Source: Dehalococcoidia bacterium SM23_28_2
GTDB taxonomy: Bacteria; Chloroflexota; Dehalococcoidia; SM23-28-2
Direction: 5' to 3'
NCBI GenBank assembly: GCA_001303545.1
Contig: LJUA01000001.1
Coordinates: 1 to 40,211 of the forward strand
DNA length: 40,211 nt
The position numbers and the translations under genes were made by a program. Positions 15,117 to 34,484 of this stretch are shown one piece after another. Position 1 is the first letter of the stretch, and each line of letters starts with the position of its first letter. The notes under the pieces were generated by a model. That model saw only the letters and a program-made list of their open reading frames with translations. It made no database searches and was not told the origin of the DNA.

Positions 15117-17024
15117 GTGGAAATTTTGACCGTCTTCGACATCGACCCGATTCTCCGGCAGGTGAGCAAGCCCGCCCGCTACAGCGGCGGCGAGTGGAAC
15201 TCCGTGGTCAAGGACTGGAGCCGCACGCCTCTGCGGGTGGCCCTGGCCTACCCCGATGTATACGACATCGGCATGTCCAACCTGGGCCTGGCCATCCTCT
15301 ACGAGGTCCTCAACCAGAAGGACGATGTCCTCTGCGAGCGACTATATGCCCCCTGGACGGATATGGAGCAGGCCATGCGCCAGGAGGGCATCCCCCTCTT
15401 CAGCCTGGAGACCCGCCATCCCTTGAGCGAGTTCGATGTCATTGGCTTCTCCCTGGGCTACGAGCTGACCTACACCAACGTTCTGAACATGCTCGACCTG
15501 GCCGGCCTGCCGGTGGTTGCAGCAGAGCGGCGGCGGGCCCTGCCCTTGGTCATCGCCGGCGGCAGCGGCGCCCTCAACCCTGAGCCCCTGGCCGACTTCA
15601 TCGATGCCTTCGCCCTGGGCGACGGCGAGGAGCTTGTCCTGGATATCGTCAACTGCGTGCGCCGCTTCAAGGAGAGGCATGGCCGATCGAAGAGGCTGCT
15701 TCTGCGGGAACTGGCCGCAATCGAGGGCATCTACGTCCCGCGCTTCTACGACGTGCGTCACCATCCCGATGGCACCGTCGCCGAGCTGAGGCCGATGGAT
15801 GCGGCCGTACCTCCTCGGCCCCGTAAGCGATTCGTCAAGAAGCTGCTACCGTCGCCCAGGCGGCCCATCGTTCCCTTCGCGCAGATAGTGCACGACCGCG
15901 CCGGCATCGAGATCCAGCGCGGCTGCACCCAGGGCTGTCGCTTCTGCCAGGCGGGGATGATCTACCGCCCCCGACTGGAGCGCTCTGCCGAGGAGGTGAT
16001 GGCCCTCGTCAGGGAAGTGCTGACTAGTACCGGCCATCGCGAGGTATCCCTGTTGTCCCTCAGCAGCACCGACCACTCCCAGATCGTGCCGATGGTGCGA
16101 GCCCTGAAAGAGGAGTTCGGCGATAGCATCATCATCTCCCTGCCCAGCCTGAGGGTAGACACCTTCTCGGTAGAGGTGGCCGAGGCAGTGGCCGGGCCAG
16201 GTAAGCACGCCATCACCTTTGCCCCCGAGGCGGGCAGCCAACGCCTGCGTCTGGCCATCAACAAGCCGATCGCCGAGGAGGAAGCCCTGCAGGCAGCGGA
16301 GGCCGCCTTCGCCCGCGGCTGGACAAGCATCAAGATGTATTTCATGGTCGGCCTGCCCACGGAGACCCCGGAGGAAGTTCAGGGAATCGTCGACCTGGCG
16401 GCAAAGGTGAAGGAGATAGGCCAGCGCTATCATGGGCGTCGTGCCCGCGTGCGGGTGAGCACTGCGACGCTTGTCCCCAAGCCGCACTCGCCCTTTCAGT
16501 GGGCTCGCCAGAGCAGCGCCGACGAGCTGAGCGTCAGGCACGACCTCCTGCGCAAGGGCTGCAAGCGGGCCGGACTGGAGTTCTCCTGGGAAGACCCAGA
16601 GCACAGCCTTCTGGAAGCGGTTATCTCCCGCGGCGATCGTCGCCTGGGGCAGGTCATCCAACGGGCCTGGCAGCTGGGCTGCAAGTTCGATGCCTGGCAC
16701 GAGCACCAGGATTGGGGCCGCTGGCAGCAGGCCTTCCAGGAGTGTGGCCTCGATCCCGCCTTCTACGCCCATCGCGAGCGGGGGCTGTTCGAGAAGTTCC
16801 CCTGGTCCCACATCGATGTCGGCGTCAGCGAAGCCTACCTGCGCGGGGAGTGGCTGAAGACAACGAAAGAGGCAACCACCGCCGACTGCCGCAATGAGCT
16901 CTGCAACGTATGCGGCGTGCAGCGGCTGCAAGCGGAGGGCTGCCTGGCCAAGGTCGACGAGCTGACCCGCAGGCAACGAGGTCAGCGAACCCCTCATCTA
17001 GAGGAGCCCATGCAGGTCCCCTAG
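15117..17024 (+). CDS. B12-binding-domain radical SAM protein (TIGR03960-like family)
   Basis: The N-terminus has KPARYSGGEWNSVVKDW...VALAYPDVYDIGMSNLGLAILY. The radical SAM cluster motif is IQRGCTQGCRFCQAG (CX3CX2C). The start may be TTG 15126, which has GAGGTGG 5 nt upstream, rather than GTG 15117. Confidence 0.85.
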   Translation: MEILTVFDIDPILRQVSKPARYSGGEWNSVVKDWSRTPLRVALAYPDVYDIGMSNLGLAILYEVLNQKDDVLCERLYAPWTDMEQAMRQEGIPLFSLETRHPLSEFDVIGFSLGYELTYTNVLNMLDLAGLPVVAAERRRALPLVIAGGSGALNPEPLADFIDAFALGDGEELVLDIVNCVRRFKERHGRSKRLLLRELAAIEGIYVPRFYDVRHHPDGTVAELRPMDAAVPPRPRKRFVKKLLPSPRRPIVPFAQIVHDRAGIEIQRGCTQGCRFCQAGMIYRPRLERSAEEVMALVREVLTSTGHREVSLLSLSSTDHSQIVPMVRALKEEFGDSIIISLPSLRVDTFSVEVAEAVAGPGKHAITFAPEAGSQRLRLAINKPIAEEEALQAAEAAFARGWTSIKMYFMVGLPTETPEEVQGIVDLAAKVKEIGQRYHGRRARVRVSTATLVPKPHSPFQWARQSSADELSVRHDLLRKGCKRAGLEFSWEDPEHSLLEAVISRGDRRLGQVIQRAWQLGCKFDAWHEHQDWGRWQQAFQECGLDPAFYAHRERGLFEKFPWSHIDVGVSEAYLRGEWLKTTKEATTADCRNELCNVCGVQRLQAEGCLAKVDELTRRQRGQRTPHLEEPMQVP

Positions 17025-17063
17025 AACGCCGGAGAAGGGCGATCGCCTACTTACCCCATTACG

Positions 17064-17092
17064 TTGACACCGAAAGAACGCGCTGCTATCTT
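17064..17092 (+). promoter_or_regulatory. Promoter upstream of the DsbA-like gene (TTGACA-17 nt-TATCTT)
   Basis: The sequence reads TTGACAccgaaagaacgcgctgcTATCTT, about 20 nt upstream of ATG 17113. Confidence 0.45.
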
Positions 17093-17112
17093 CGATCCCA
17101 GAGAGGTCATGC

Positions 17113-17937
17113 ATGGGCAGAAAGGCTCGAAGGCGCCGCGAGAAGAAAAGAGCTGCCAGAGTAGCCGTAGACGTCAAGGTCGAAGTCTCGGAAGAACCCA
17201 AGCTACCCCCAAGGCACCGGGAGAAGAAGAGGCCCACCACACCAAGCAGCCGCCTTCGCTATCAGAAGATTTTGGCGAGTGTGGCGGCGGCAGCGGTCGT
17301 CGCTACTGTCCTGATCATCATCAGTCTGGCCCCCTGGGAGAGCGACGGCCAGACCACGTCCTCCGAATTCATTATCCCTTCGCCAAGGTCAGCCGACATC
17401 CCCAGCCAGGGGACCACCCTGGGAGACCCGGCCGCCCCCCTCACTATCGTTGAATACTCTGACTTCCTGTGTCCCTACTGTACCCGCGCCGCTCTTGAGA
17501 CTGTTCCTCAGATAGAGGCAGAGTATGTGGCTACAGGCAAGGCGAAGCTGGTGTTCAAGCATTTCGTCGTTCATGGCGAAGAGGCCGCGCTCGCGGCAGG
17601 AGCCGCCGAGTGCGCCAGTGAGCAGGACGCCTTCTGGCTGTATCACGACATGCTATACCTCAACGCGGGCAGGGTTGACTTCACCATCGAGAACCTCAAA
17701 CAGTTCGGCGAGGAGCTCGGTCTGGACACGGACTCCTTCAATGCCTGCCTGGATTCGCAAAGCTACATGGACAAGCTGGTGGCGGATGTCGATGAGGCTC
17801 GCCGGCGGGGGGTCGAAGGCACCCCTACCTTCTTCGTGGGGCAGACCGAGATTGTAGGGGCCCAGTCGTACAGTGCCTTCCAGACGGCTATTGAGGATGA
17901 GCTGGCAAGGCTAGTTGAAACGAGTGAAGAAGGGTAA
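17113..17937 (+). CDS. DsbA-family thiol:disulfide oxidoreductase, membrane-anchored
   Basis: The thioredoxin-fold active site is EYSDFLCPYCTRAA (CPYC), and the C-terminus has GTPTFFVG. One TM segment (ILASVAAAAVVATVLIIISLA) follows a roughly 50-aa very basic N-terminal tail (GRKARRRREKKRAAR...HREKKRP). Confidence 0.8.
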   Translation: MGRKARRRREKKRAARVAVDVKVEVSEEPKLPPRHREKKRPTTPSSRLRYQKILASVAAAAVVATVLIIISLAPWESDGQTTSSEFIIPSPRSADIPSQGTTLGDPAAPLTIVEYSDFLCPYCTRAALETVPQIEAEYVATGKAKLVFKHFVVHGEEAALAAGAAECASEQDAFWLYHDMLYLNAGRVDFTIENLKQFGEELGLDTDSFNACLDSQSYMDKLVADVDEARRRGVEGTPTFFVGQTEIVGAQSYSAFQTAIEDELARLVETSEEG

Positions 17938-18391
17938 GGCTCAGGTTCTGCCCCCAGTGGGCGACCTGATGAGATGGGGAGCTCTGGCCGTGCTGGCCGT
18001 GGCCGGCATGAGTGTATCGGCCTATCTTACCTACAGCCACTATGCCGACCAATCCATAATGTGCGCTGGCCTGAGTGGTTGCGACGCTGTGGAAAACAGC
18101 GAGTACTCGAAGCTGGTTGGCATTCCGGTGGCCCTGATGGGCGCGCTATTCTCCGCCGGTCTTCTGGCGCTGGCGCTGAGTCGGATGGCCCGTTTGCCCC
18201 TGGCGGAGGAGTGGGCCCCGCTGGCGGCCTTCAGCATGACCCTGAGCGGTGTCGCCTTCGCTGCCTACCTGACGTACTTAGAGCTGTTCGTCATCGAGGA
18301 CATCTGCATCTGGTGCACTACCTTCGCCGCCATCGTCACTGTTGCCTGGCTGATCACCCTCGTCGATGTCTTAGCGCTGGCCAGAGAATAG
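17915..18391 (+). CDS. Vitamin K epoxide reductase (VKOR) family membrane protein
   Basis: The protein has four or more TM segments. A loop Cys pair lies in CAGLSGCDAVENSEYSKLVGIPVALMG, and the active-site CXXC is DICIWC in the last helices. The start is either TTG 17915 (a 23-nt overlap with the DsbA gene) or ATG 17969. Confidence 0.8.
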   Translation: MKRVKKGKAQVLPPVGDLMRWGALAVLAVAGMSVSAYLTYSHYADQSIMCAGLSGCDAVENSEYSKLVGIPVALMGALFSAGLLALALSRMARLPLAEEWAPLAAFSMTLSGVAFAAYLTYLELFVIEDICIWCTTFAAIVTVAWLITLVDVLALARE

Positions 18392-18420
18392 GCCCTGAGC
18401 GACTGATTCCGCTCAGGGCC
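18391..18420. terminator. Bidirectional terminator hairpin between VKOR and rpoC
   Basis: GGCCCTGAGCG-actgattc-CGCTCAGGGCC forms a perfect 11-bp stem in the 65-nt convergent spacer. There is no clear U-tract on either side. Confidence 0.55.
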
Positions 18421-18456
18421 CGCTAAGCTCAGGACTACTGGCTAGAGAGACGGCAA

Positions 18457-26722
<8,266 letters not shown>

Positions 26723-26852
26723 GTACAAAAACCCCCTAAGGGCAGCTAATGTCCGCGGCCCCTCTCGTGGCTAGAAACACACAAGCGGCTATGCTGAATA
26801 GCTAACAGGGGAATAGAAACTTGGGGAATATACGTCCCGCCATCAAAAAGCT

Positions 26853-26882
26853 ATTCTACCCTATCTTTCACACATTTGTCAA
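26853..26882 (-). promoter_or_regulatory. Near-consensus promoter for rpoBC (TTGACA-18 nt-TAGAAT)
   Basis: The minus strand reads TTGACAaatgtgtgaaagatagggTAGAAT in an AT-rich spacer. The implied 5' UTR is about 125 nt. Confidence 0.5.
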
Positions 26883-26911
26883 CTCTTCATTCCTAAAAGA
26901 CTCCAATCCTT

Positions 26912-26940
26912 TTCCGTCCACCGTTCGCTCGTGGTATAGT
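26912..26940 (+). promoter_or_regulatory. Divergent promoter (TTCCGT-17 nt-TGgTATAGT, extended -10)
   Basis: This is a sequence match 30 bp from the rpoB -35 element, on the opposite strand. Confidence 0.35.
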
Positions 26941-26979
26941 TACGTTGTCTACCAGACAAACCCTCGCTCACCAGCGCCG

Positions 26980-27011
26980 GCCGGAAGCAAATAGCTTTCG
27001 GCTTTCTTCTT
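26980..27011 (+). terminator. Intrinsic-terminator-like hairpin in the prs upstream region
   Basis: GCCGGAAGC-aaata-GCTTTCGGC forms a 9-bp stem including one G-U pair, followed by TTTCTTCTT. No + strand gene lies upstream, so this is either an attenuator or the end of a short RNA. Confidence 0.4.
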
Positions 27012-27126
27012 CCTGCATGCCGTTTGGGCCCGGCAAGAGGCTCGCTCGCTGGCTTCATACCGTTTCCCGCGTCCCTTGTGCTATATTGGTGTTGGCTAGC
27101 AGAGCGAAGCAAGGAGAGATTATGTA

Positions 27127-28068
27127 GTGTATCAGGAGTTGCGTGTATTCAGCGGCAACGCTCATCCGGAGCTTGCCAAGGACGTCTGCGGCTACCTGGA
27201 GACGCCTCTAGGACAATGCGAGGTCTTCAAGTTCAGCAACGAGAACATCTTCGTGCGCTTTTGCGAAAACATCCGCGCTCGCGATGTCTTCCTGGTTCAA
27301 CCCATCGTCTCCCCGGTAAACGACCGCCTGATGGAACTATTCGTCATGATCGACGCCGCCAAGCGGGCATCGGCGGGCCGGATCACGGCCGTCGTTCCTT
27401 ACTACGCTTATGGGCGCAGCGATAAGAAGGACCAGCCGCGTGTGCCCATCACCGCCCGTCTGGTGGCCAACTTCCTGGAGACGGCCGGAGCTGACCGCCT
27501 GCTGACGGTAGACCTCCACGCCGGACAGATCCAGGGCTTCTTCAACATCCCGGTGGATGAGCTGACCGCGCTGTACATTATCAGCCGCTACTTCAAGGAG
27601 AAGAACATCGCCAACCTGACGGTGGTGGCCACCGATGTGGGCGACGCCAAGCGCGCTCGCAATGTGGCCGGTCGCCTGGATGCCCCGCTGGCCATCGTGG
27701 AAAAGCGCCGACTCGGTAACGACCAGCGGGCGGAGGTTGTCAATATCATTGGCGAAGTCAAAAGCAAGAACGTTCTCATTGTGGACGATGAAGTGGATAC
27801 CGGAAGCACTATGGTAGCGACCATGGAAATACTACGGCAGCACGGAGCCGTCGACATCTACGTTTGCTGCACCCACCCTGTGCTCTCCGGCCCGGCCATC
27901 CAGAGGATCGAGCAGGCACCCATCAAAGAAATGGTGGTGACCGACAGTATCCCCCTGCCCGTAGAGAAACGTTTGCCCAATATCACCGTCTTGTCTCTGG
28001 CACCCCTGCTGGGGGAAGCCATACGACGCATCCACACCGGCCATTCGGTGGGAGAGCTGTTCCAGTAA
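27127..28068 (+). CDS. prs: Ribose-phosphate pyrophosphokinase
   Basis: The protein contains (M)YQELRVFSGNAHPELAKDV..., VVPYYAYGRSDKK, DLHAGQIQGFF and the PRPP-binding loop LIVDDEVDTGSTM. GTG 27127 is preceded by AAGGAGAG. An extended -10-like TGCTATATT lies at 27079-27087. Confidence 0.95.
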   Translation: MYQELRVFSGNAHPELAKDVCGYLETPLGQCEVFKFSNENIFVRFCENIRARDVFLVQPIVSPVNDRLMELFVMIDAAKRASAGRITAVVPYYAYGRSDKKDQPRVPITARLVANFLETAGADRLLTVDLHAGQIQGFFNIPVDELTALYIISRYFKEKNIANLTVVATDVGDAKRARNVAGRLDAPLAIVEKRRLGNDQRAEVVNIIGEVKSKNVLIVDDEVDTGSTMVATMEILRQHGAVDIYVCCTHPVLSGPAIQRIEQAPIKEMVVTDSIPLPVEKRLPNITVLSLAPLLGEAIRRIHTGHSVGELFQ

Positions 28069-28077
28069 GGGTTGGTC

Positions 28078-30840
<2,763 letters not shown>

Positions 30841-30857
30841 TTGACTCTGCGATCCGG

Positions 30858-31610
30858 ATGAAGAGAGCGGAAACACCCATGAGCGGCATCGCTGACGACG
30901 GCAAGGCAGTAGAGGTCGGGCAACTGTTGCCCGAGCTGTGCCAGGAGGTGGCGAACGGCAAGCCCTGGTGCATCGCCCTCCTGCAAACCGTCGCCCGCTG
31001 GCCCCTGCCCGGGGAAACGGTGGGCAAGCGTCACTACCGCTACCTTGTCGGCGGTGAGGCCTTCGACTGGCTTCTACTGGCGGAGCGCCTATGCGAGGCG
31101 GTGGGTGACCTCATCCCTCGGCAAGAGCACGAAGCGCTGGTATTCTTCGGTCAGCTGCCCATCGACCTCAGCGAGGAAGAGTTCCGCCACCTCATGGGCC
31201 AAGCCAAGTATCGGGCTCACCTCAACTACTTCTACGGCGTCATCCTGGAGGAGATACTCCAGTTGGTGATCGAAGAGGATGTCCGCAAAGAGCAGCGATC
31301 GCGTGTGTGGGAGAACCACCTGTCGGTAGACGAGGAAGCCTTCCGGCGCCTCTATGGAAGCTCCCACCGAGAGCTGTTGTGTCAGTTTCGGCGGGAGCAA
31401 GATACGACCGATAACACCACCGTCTCTCTGACGGAGGTCAAGGAGTTCACCTACTGGTTGTTCAAATATCGTCTAAACTACTGCGATCCGGCCAAAGTGG
31501 CTAGCGACACCCACCGCGCTCTGGGCATGCTCCGCCGTCTTGAGCCGTGCCGGACGCGCTGCTTGGGCAACGCTCTTCGGGAGCCCCCCAGCGTCATCGA
31601 GATCCCTTAG
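30858..31610 (+). CDS. Hypothetical protein (no recognisable domain)
   Basis: The ORF spans 30819-31610. Candidate starts are GTG 30819 (22-nt overlap with secA), ATG 30858 and ATG 30879. Its composition is normal (not an Arg/Pro/Gly-rich shadow ORF) and no competing gene lies on the other strand. I recognise no motif. Confidence 0.5.
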   Translation: MKRAETPMSGIADDGKAVEVGQLLPELCQEVANGKPWCIALLQTVARWPLPGETVGKRHYRYLVGGEAFDWLLLAERLCEAVGDLIPRQEHEALVFFGQLPIDLSEEEFRHLMGQAKYRAHLNYFYGVILEEILQLVIEEDVRKEQRSRVWENHLSVDEEAFRRLYGSSHRELLCQFRREQDTTDNTTVSLTEVKEFTYWLFKYRLNYCDPAKVASDTHRALGMLRRLEPCRTRCLGNALREPPSVIEIP

Positions 31611-31632
31611 CGGCTGAACCAACAGAGGCCAC

Positions 31633-31659
31633 GGCCGCCGCACAGTCTGTGCGGCGGCC
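31633..31659. terminator. Bidirectional terminator hairpin between the hypothetical gene and the liv operon
   Basis: GGCCGCCGCAC-agtct-GTGCGGCGGCC forms a perfect 11-bp stem in the 72-nt convergent spacer. The U-tracts are weak. Confidence 0.55.
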
Positions 31660-31682
31660 GCTCCAGCCCCACAGATTGCCGT

Positions 31683-32990
31683 CTACTGCTCCCTGAAATT
31701 GATTATGTCGCCGAAGTACTCCCAGGTGCCCTTGCCATTCTCGTCTATGCCAGCAATCAGCAACTTCATTTGTTCGACCCCGTAGTGGTCGTCCTCGCTG
31801 AGGTCGATGAGGATGCCCGGTATACCGATGTCGCCCTGGTAGTCATCGAAGATCGTGTGGACGGCGTCCATCAGGCCCTGTCGTGTCAGGTTGTCACAGG
31901 TAGCGCGCAGAGCCTCGACGGTCAATTCCCCCACCAACTGGCCTTCGACGGTGAAGTTGCCGGCGGGCATGTTGCCGTACTCGTCCATGATCCGATGGTG
32001 CTCGGCTATCACCGGGTCATCGGTCCAATCCGCCATCTTGTTGCCCTGGAGGGTGATAACCCCCTCCATGAGCTCCGGCGATGCATAGTCGAACATCATC
32101 GCGTCTGCATTGACGTAGCCAATGAAAAACTGGGGATGCCAGCCCAGGCGGTCGGACTCCTTGATCAGCTGAGCACATCCCGGCGGGATACAGGCGCCGT
32201 GCACCACCTCAGCTCCGGAGTTCTTCAGGTTGATGACCTGAGACCGAACGCTAACGTCAGTGGGCTCATAGGTCTGCTCGGACACTATCTCGTTCTTCTC
32301 GGGGTCCAGGCCGTTCTTCAGGCCGGCCAGCTCGTCCTCGCCGAACTCGTCGTTCTGGCCGAAGAAGCCCACCTTCTTGCCGGCGTAATTCTCCGAGATG
32401 TACTTGCCGATGATTGTCCCCTCGACATAGTAGTCCGGCAGGATGGCAACCGACCAGGGATGCGCCTCAGGATCAGCAGCCCACATGTGAGCCCCGGACA
32501 TGATCCACAGGTCCGGTATCCCCTTCTCGTTCAGGTCATCCCAGACGGCAGCGTGGGCGGCAGTCCCCAGACCAGCGATCATGGCGAAGATGTGGTCCCG
32601 CTCCAACAGCTTGGCGACCGCTTCCACCGCCCCCGACGGCAGGTACTGATCGTCCTCCACCTTGTAGACGATCTCGCGACCGCAGACGCCCCCTTCCTCC
32701 GCATTGACGTACTTGAAGTAGGACCTTACGCCGTCCAGCACGGGAGCGTAGGCCGCCCCCATAGTGCCGCTCAGGGCGAAGTGGGCACCGAGGATTATCT
32801 CAGTATCGGTGATGCCTTCGTCCGGCCCCGCCACGGTGGGGGTCTTGTCACCAGTGGGGGTCTCGGCAGCGGCAGGAGTGCCGGTGGGGGTTTCCTCCCC
32901 CTCCTCATCATCCCCGCAAGCCACCACCAGCACCAAGAGCAAAGCCGCTATGCCGATCAAGCTGAGCCACATTCTACCTAGCTTCCACAT
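31683..32990 (-). CDS. ABC transporter substrate-binding lipoprotein, LivJ/K-like (branched-chain amino acid family)
   Basis: The signal peptide plus lipobox is LLLVLVVACGDDEEG, followed by a Thr/Pro/Glu linker. The body resembles type-I periplasmic binding proteins (Peripla_BP_6-like). It lies downstream of the livGFHM genes. Confidence 0.85.
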   Translation of the reverse strand: MWKLGRMWLSLIGIAALLLVLVVACGDDEEGEETPTGTPAAAETPTGDKTPTVAGPDEGITDTEIILGAHFALSGTMGAAYAPVLDGVRSYFKYVNAEEGGVCGREIVYKVEDDQYLPSGAVEAVAKLLERDHIFAMIAGLGTAAHAAVWDDLNEKGIPDLWIMSGAHMWAADPEAHPWSVAILPDYYVEGTIIGKYISENYAGKKVGFFGQNDEFGEDELAGLKNGLDPEKNEIVSEQTYEPTDVSVRSQVINLKNSGAEVVHGACIPPGCAQLIKESDRLGWHPQFFIGYVNADAMMFDYASPELMEGVITLQGNKMADWTDDPVIAEHHRIMDEYGNMPAGNFTVEGQLVGELTVEALRATCDNLTRQGLMDAVHTIFDDYQGDIGIPGILIDLSEDDHYGVEQMKLLIAGIDENGKGTWEYFGDIINFREQ

Positions 32991-33188
32991 AGCTGCACCA
33001 ACATCCTTTCTTGGCTACTCTGCGCCTGCCCGTTTCGCTCATGTGCTGAGCTTGAAATCGATGCCTTAATCACAAACGAATGCTTCATCATTGTACCCGA
33101 AAGGCTCCGCCCCATCCACCACCCCTTCACCTGTAGAATCACCGCCACCTCCGACGAAAGCTCCCTCCTAGACGCTGTCGCCGCCCTT

Positions 33189-34484
33189 CTATCTTTCGGC
33201 GTCTGAACGCTCATCGGAGGCATCCTCCGAGGTGACAAACCCTGGCGGTCCTCTTGAGCCCCTGAGGGCCCCCACCCAGCGACCATAGCCGCGTGTCGCC
33301 CCTCGCACAAGTGCCGGCAACCACAAGCTATAGGTAATCGCCAGGGCCACGACCAGGCCAACGATAATGCCCAGCGATCCGCCGGCCAGTTCGCTCACCG
33401 CAATGGCAGCGACAATGCCCAGCGCTGGCCCACCCAGGGCAACTCTACGCTCGCTGGGCTTCCTGAAAGCCAACCACATCTGAAAGCGGCGGATGGCTCC
33501 CGCCATACCGTAGGGCATGATGGTCACCACTACGATGAGCAAACCGCCGTACAGGGCCCAGGGGACCTGCTCAGCCATCGGCCCCTCGCCTAGCGGCAAG
33601 AAGTCCGAGATGTCGTCCACCATCTTGAAGCTGATAGCACCCAAAATGGAACCCAGAATGGAAGCCAAGCCGCCCACAACAATGGTGGTCAGGAAGTTTA
33701 TCGACCGCAGGACGTTGAAGCTCTCCGGAGCGATATAGCCCACAATCTGAACGTAGGCGGCCCCAGCGATGCCGGCGAAGATGGCGCTGATGGCGAAGGC
33801 TATGGTCTTGTAGCGAGGCACGTTGATGCCCATTGACGCCGCCGCCACCTCGCTGTCGCGGATGGCCACGAAGGCCCTGCCCACTCGGCCACGGATAACG
33901 TTCCAGGCAATCAAGGTCATGACCACGGCGAGGAATAAGGCCACGAAGTAGGACCACTGGTCCTGGGTCACCATATCTCCGATGAAGCCGGGCGCGGTTG
34001 ACCAATCCCCCCTCACGCTGATCCCCTGCGTGCCGTGTGTCAAGCCATCGTACTTCTTCAGAACCTGAGGAGCCGCCAGGGCCAGGGCCATCGTAGCCAT
34101 GGCCAGATAGGGGCCACTCAGCCGAAGGGCCGGAATGCCGACGGCTAACCCCAGGGCACCGGAGACGACGGCAGCCGGGATTAGGACCGCCCAGAAGGGC
34201 CAGCCATGGTCGGCCATCAGAATAGCCGCTGTATAGCCGCCGGTGGCCACGAAGGCGGTGTGGCCCAAGGAGATCTGACCGTTGTAGCCGGTGAGGATGT
34301 TAAGGCCCAGGGCCACCAGCACCCAGACGCAGGCGATGCTGGCTTGAATGGTGCGATAAGTGCCGAACCGCATGGGCAGACCATCCGGCAAGGCGTGGCT
34401 GAAGGGCAACCAGTAGATCAAGAAGAAGGCAAGAAAGGCGAAGCCTAAGATCCTCAGCAACAAGGGCGAGCTTAGTCGCATCAC
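33189..34484 (-). CDS. livM: Branched-chain amino acid ABC transporter permease (LivM-like)
   Basis: The 431-aa polytopic protein contains NILTGYNGQISLGHTAFVATGGY and RDSEVAAASMGINVPRYKTIAFAISAIFAGIAGA. It overlaps the livH stop by 4 nt and has an extra C-terminal TM region and tail. Confidence 0.85.
   Translation of the reverse strand: MMRLSSPLLLRILGFAFLAFFLIYWLPFSHALPDGLPMRFGTYRTIQASIACVWVLVALGLNILTGYNGQISLGHTAFVATGGYTAAILMADHGWPFWAVLIPAAVVSGALGLAVGIPALRLSGPYLAMATMALALAAPQVLKKYDGLTHGTQGISVRGDWSTAPGFIGDMVTQDQWSYFVALFLAVVMTLIAWNVIRGRVGRAFVAIRDSEVAAASMGINVPRYKTIAFAISAIFAGIAGAAYVQIVGYIAPESFNVLRSINFLTTIVVGGLASILGSILGAISFKMVDDISDFLPLGEGPMAEQVPWALYGGLLIVVVTIMPYGMAGAIRRFQMWLAFRKPSERRVALGGPALGIVAAIAVSELAGGSLGIIVGLVVALAITYSLWLPALVRGATRGYGRWVGALRGSRGPPGFVTSEDASDERSDAER

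Noticed and set aside
15846-16997. A 383-aa ORF on the - strand.
   Set aside because: It is antisense to the radical SAM gene. This is a shadow ORF.
26879-27112. A 77-aa ORF (- strand) and a 60-aa ORF (+ strand, 26945-27127) inside the rpoB/prs spacer.
   Set aside because: They lie across promoter and terminator elements, have no SD, and have implausible composition. The spacer is better explained as regulatory DNA.
31770-32981. A 403-aa ORF on the + strand.
   Set aside because: It is antisense to the LivJ-like binding protein gene. The latter has a clear lipoprotein signal and fits the operon context.
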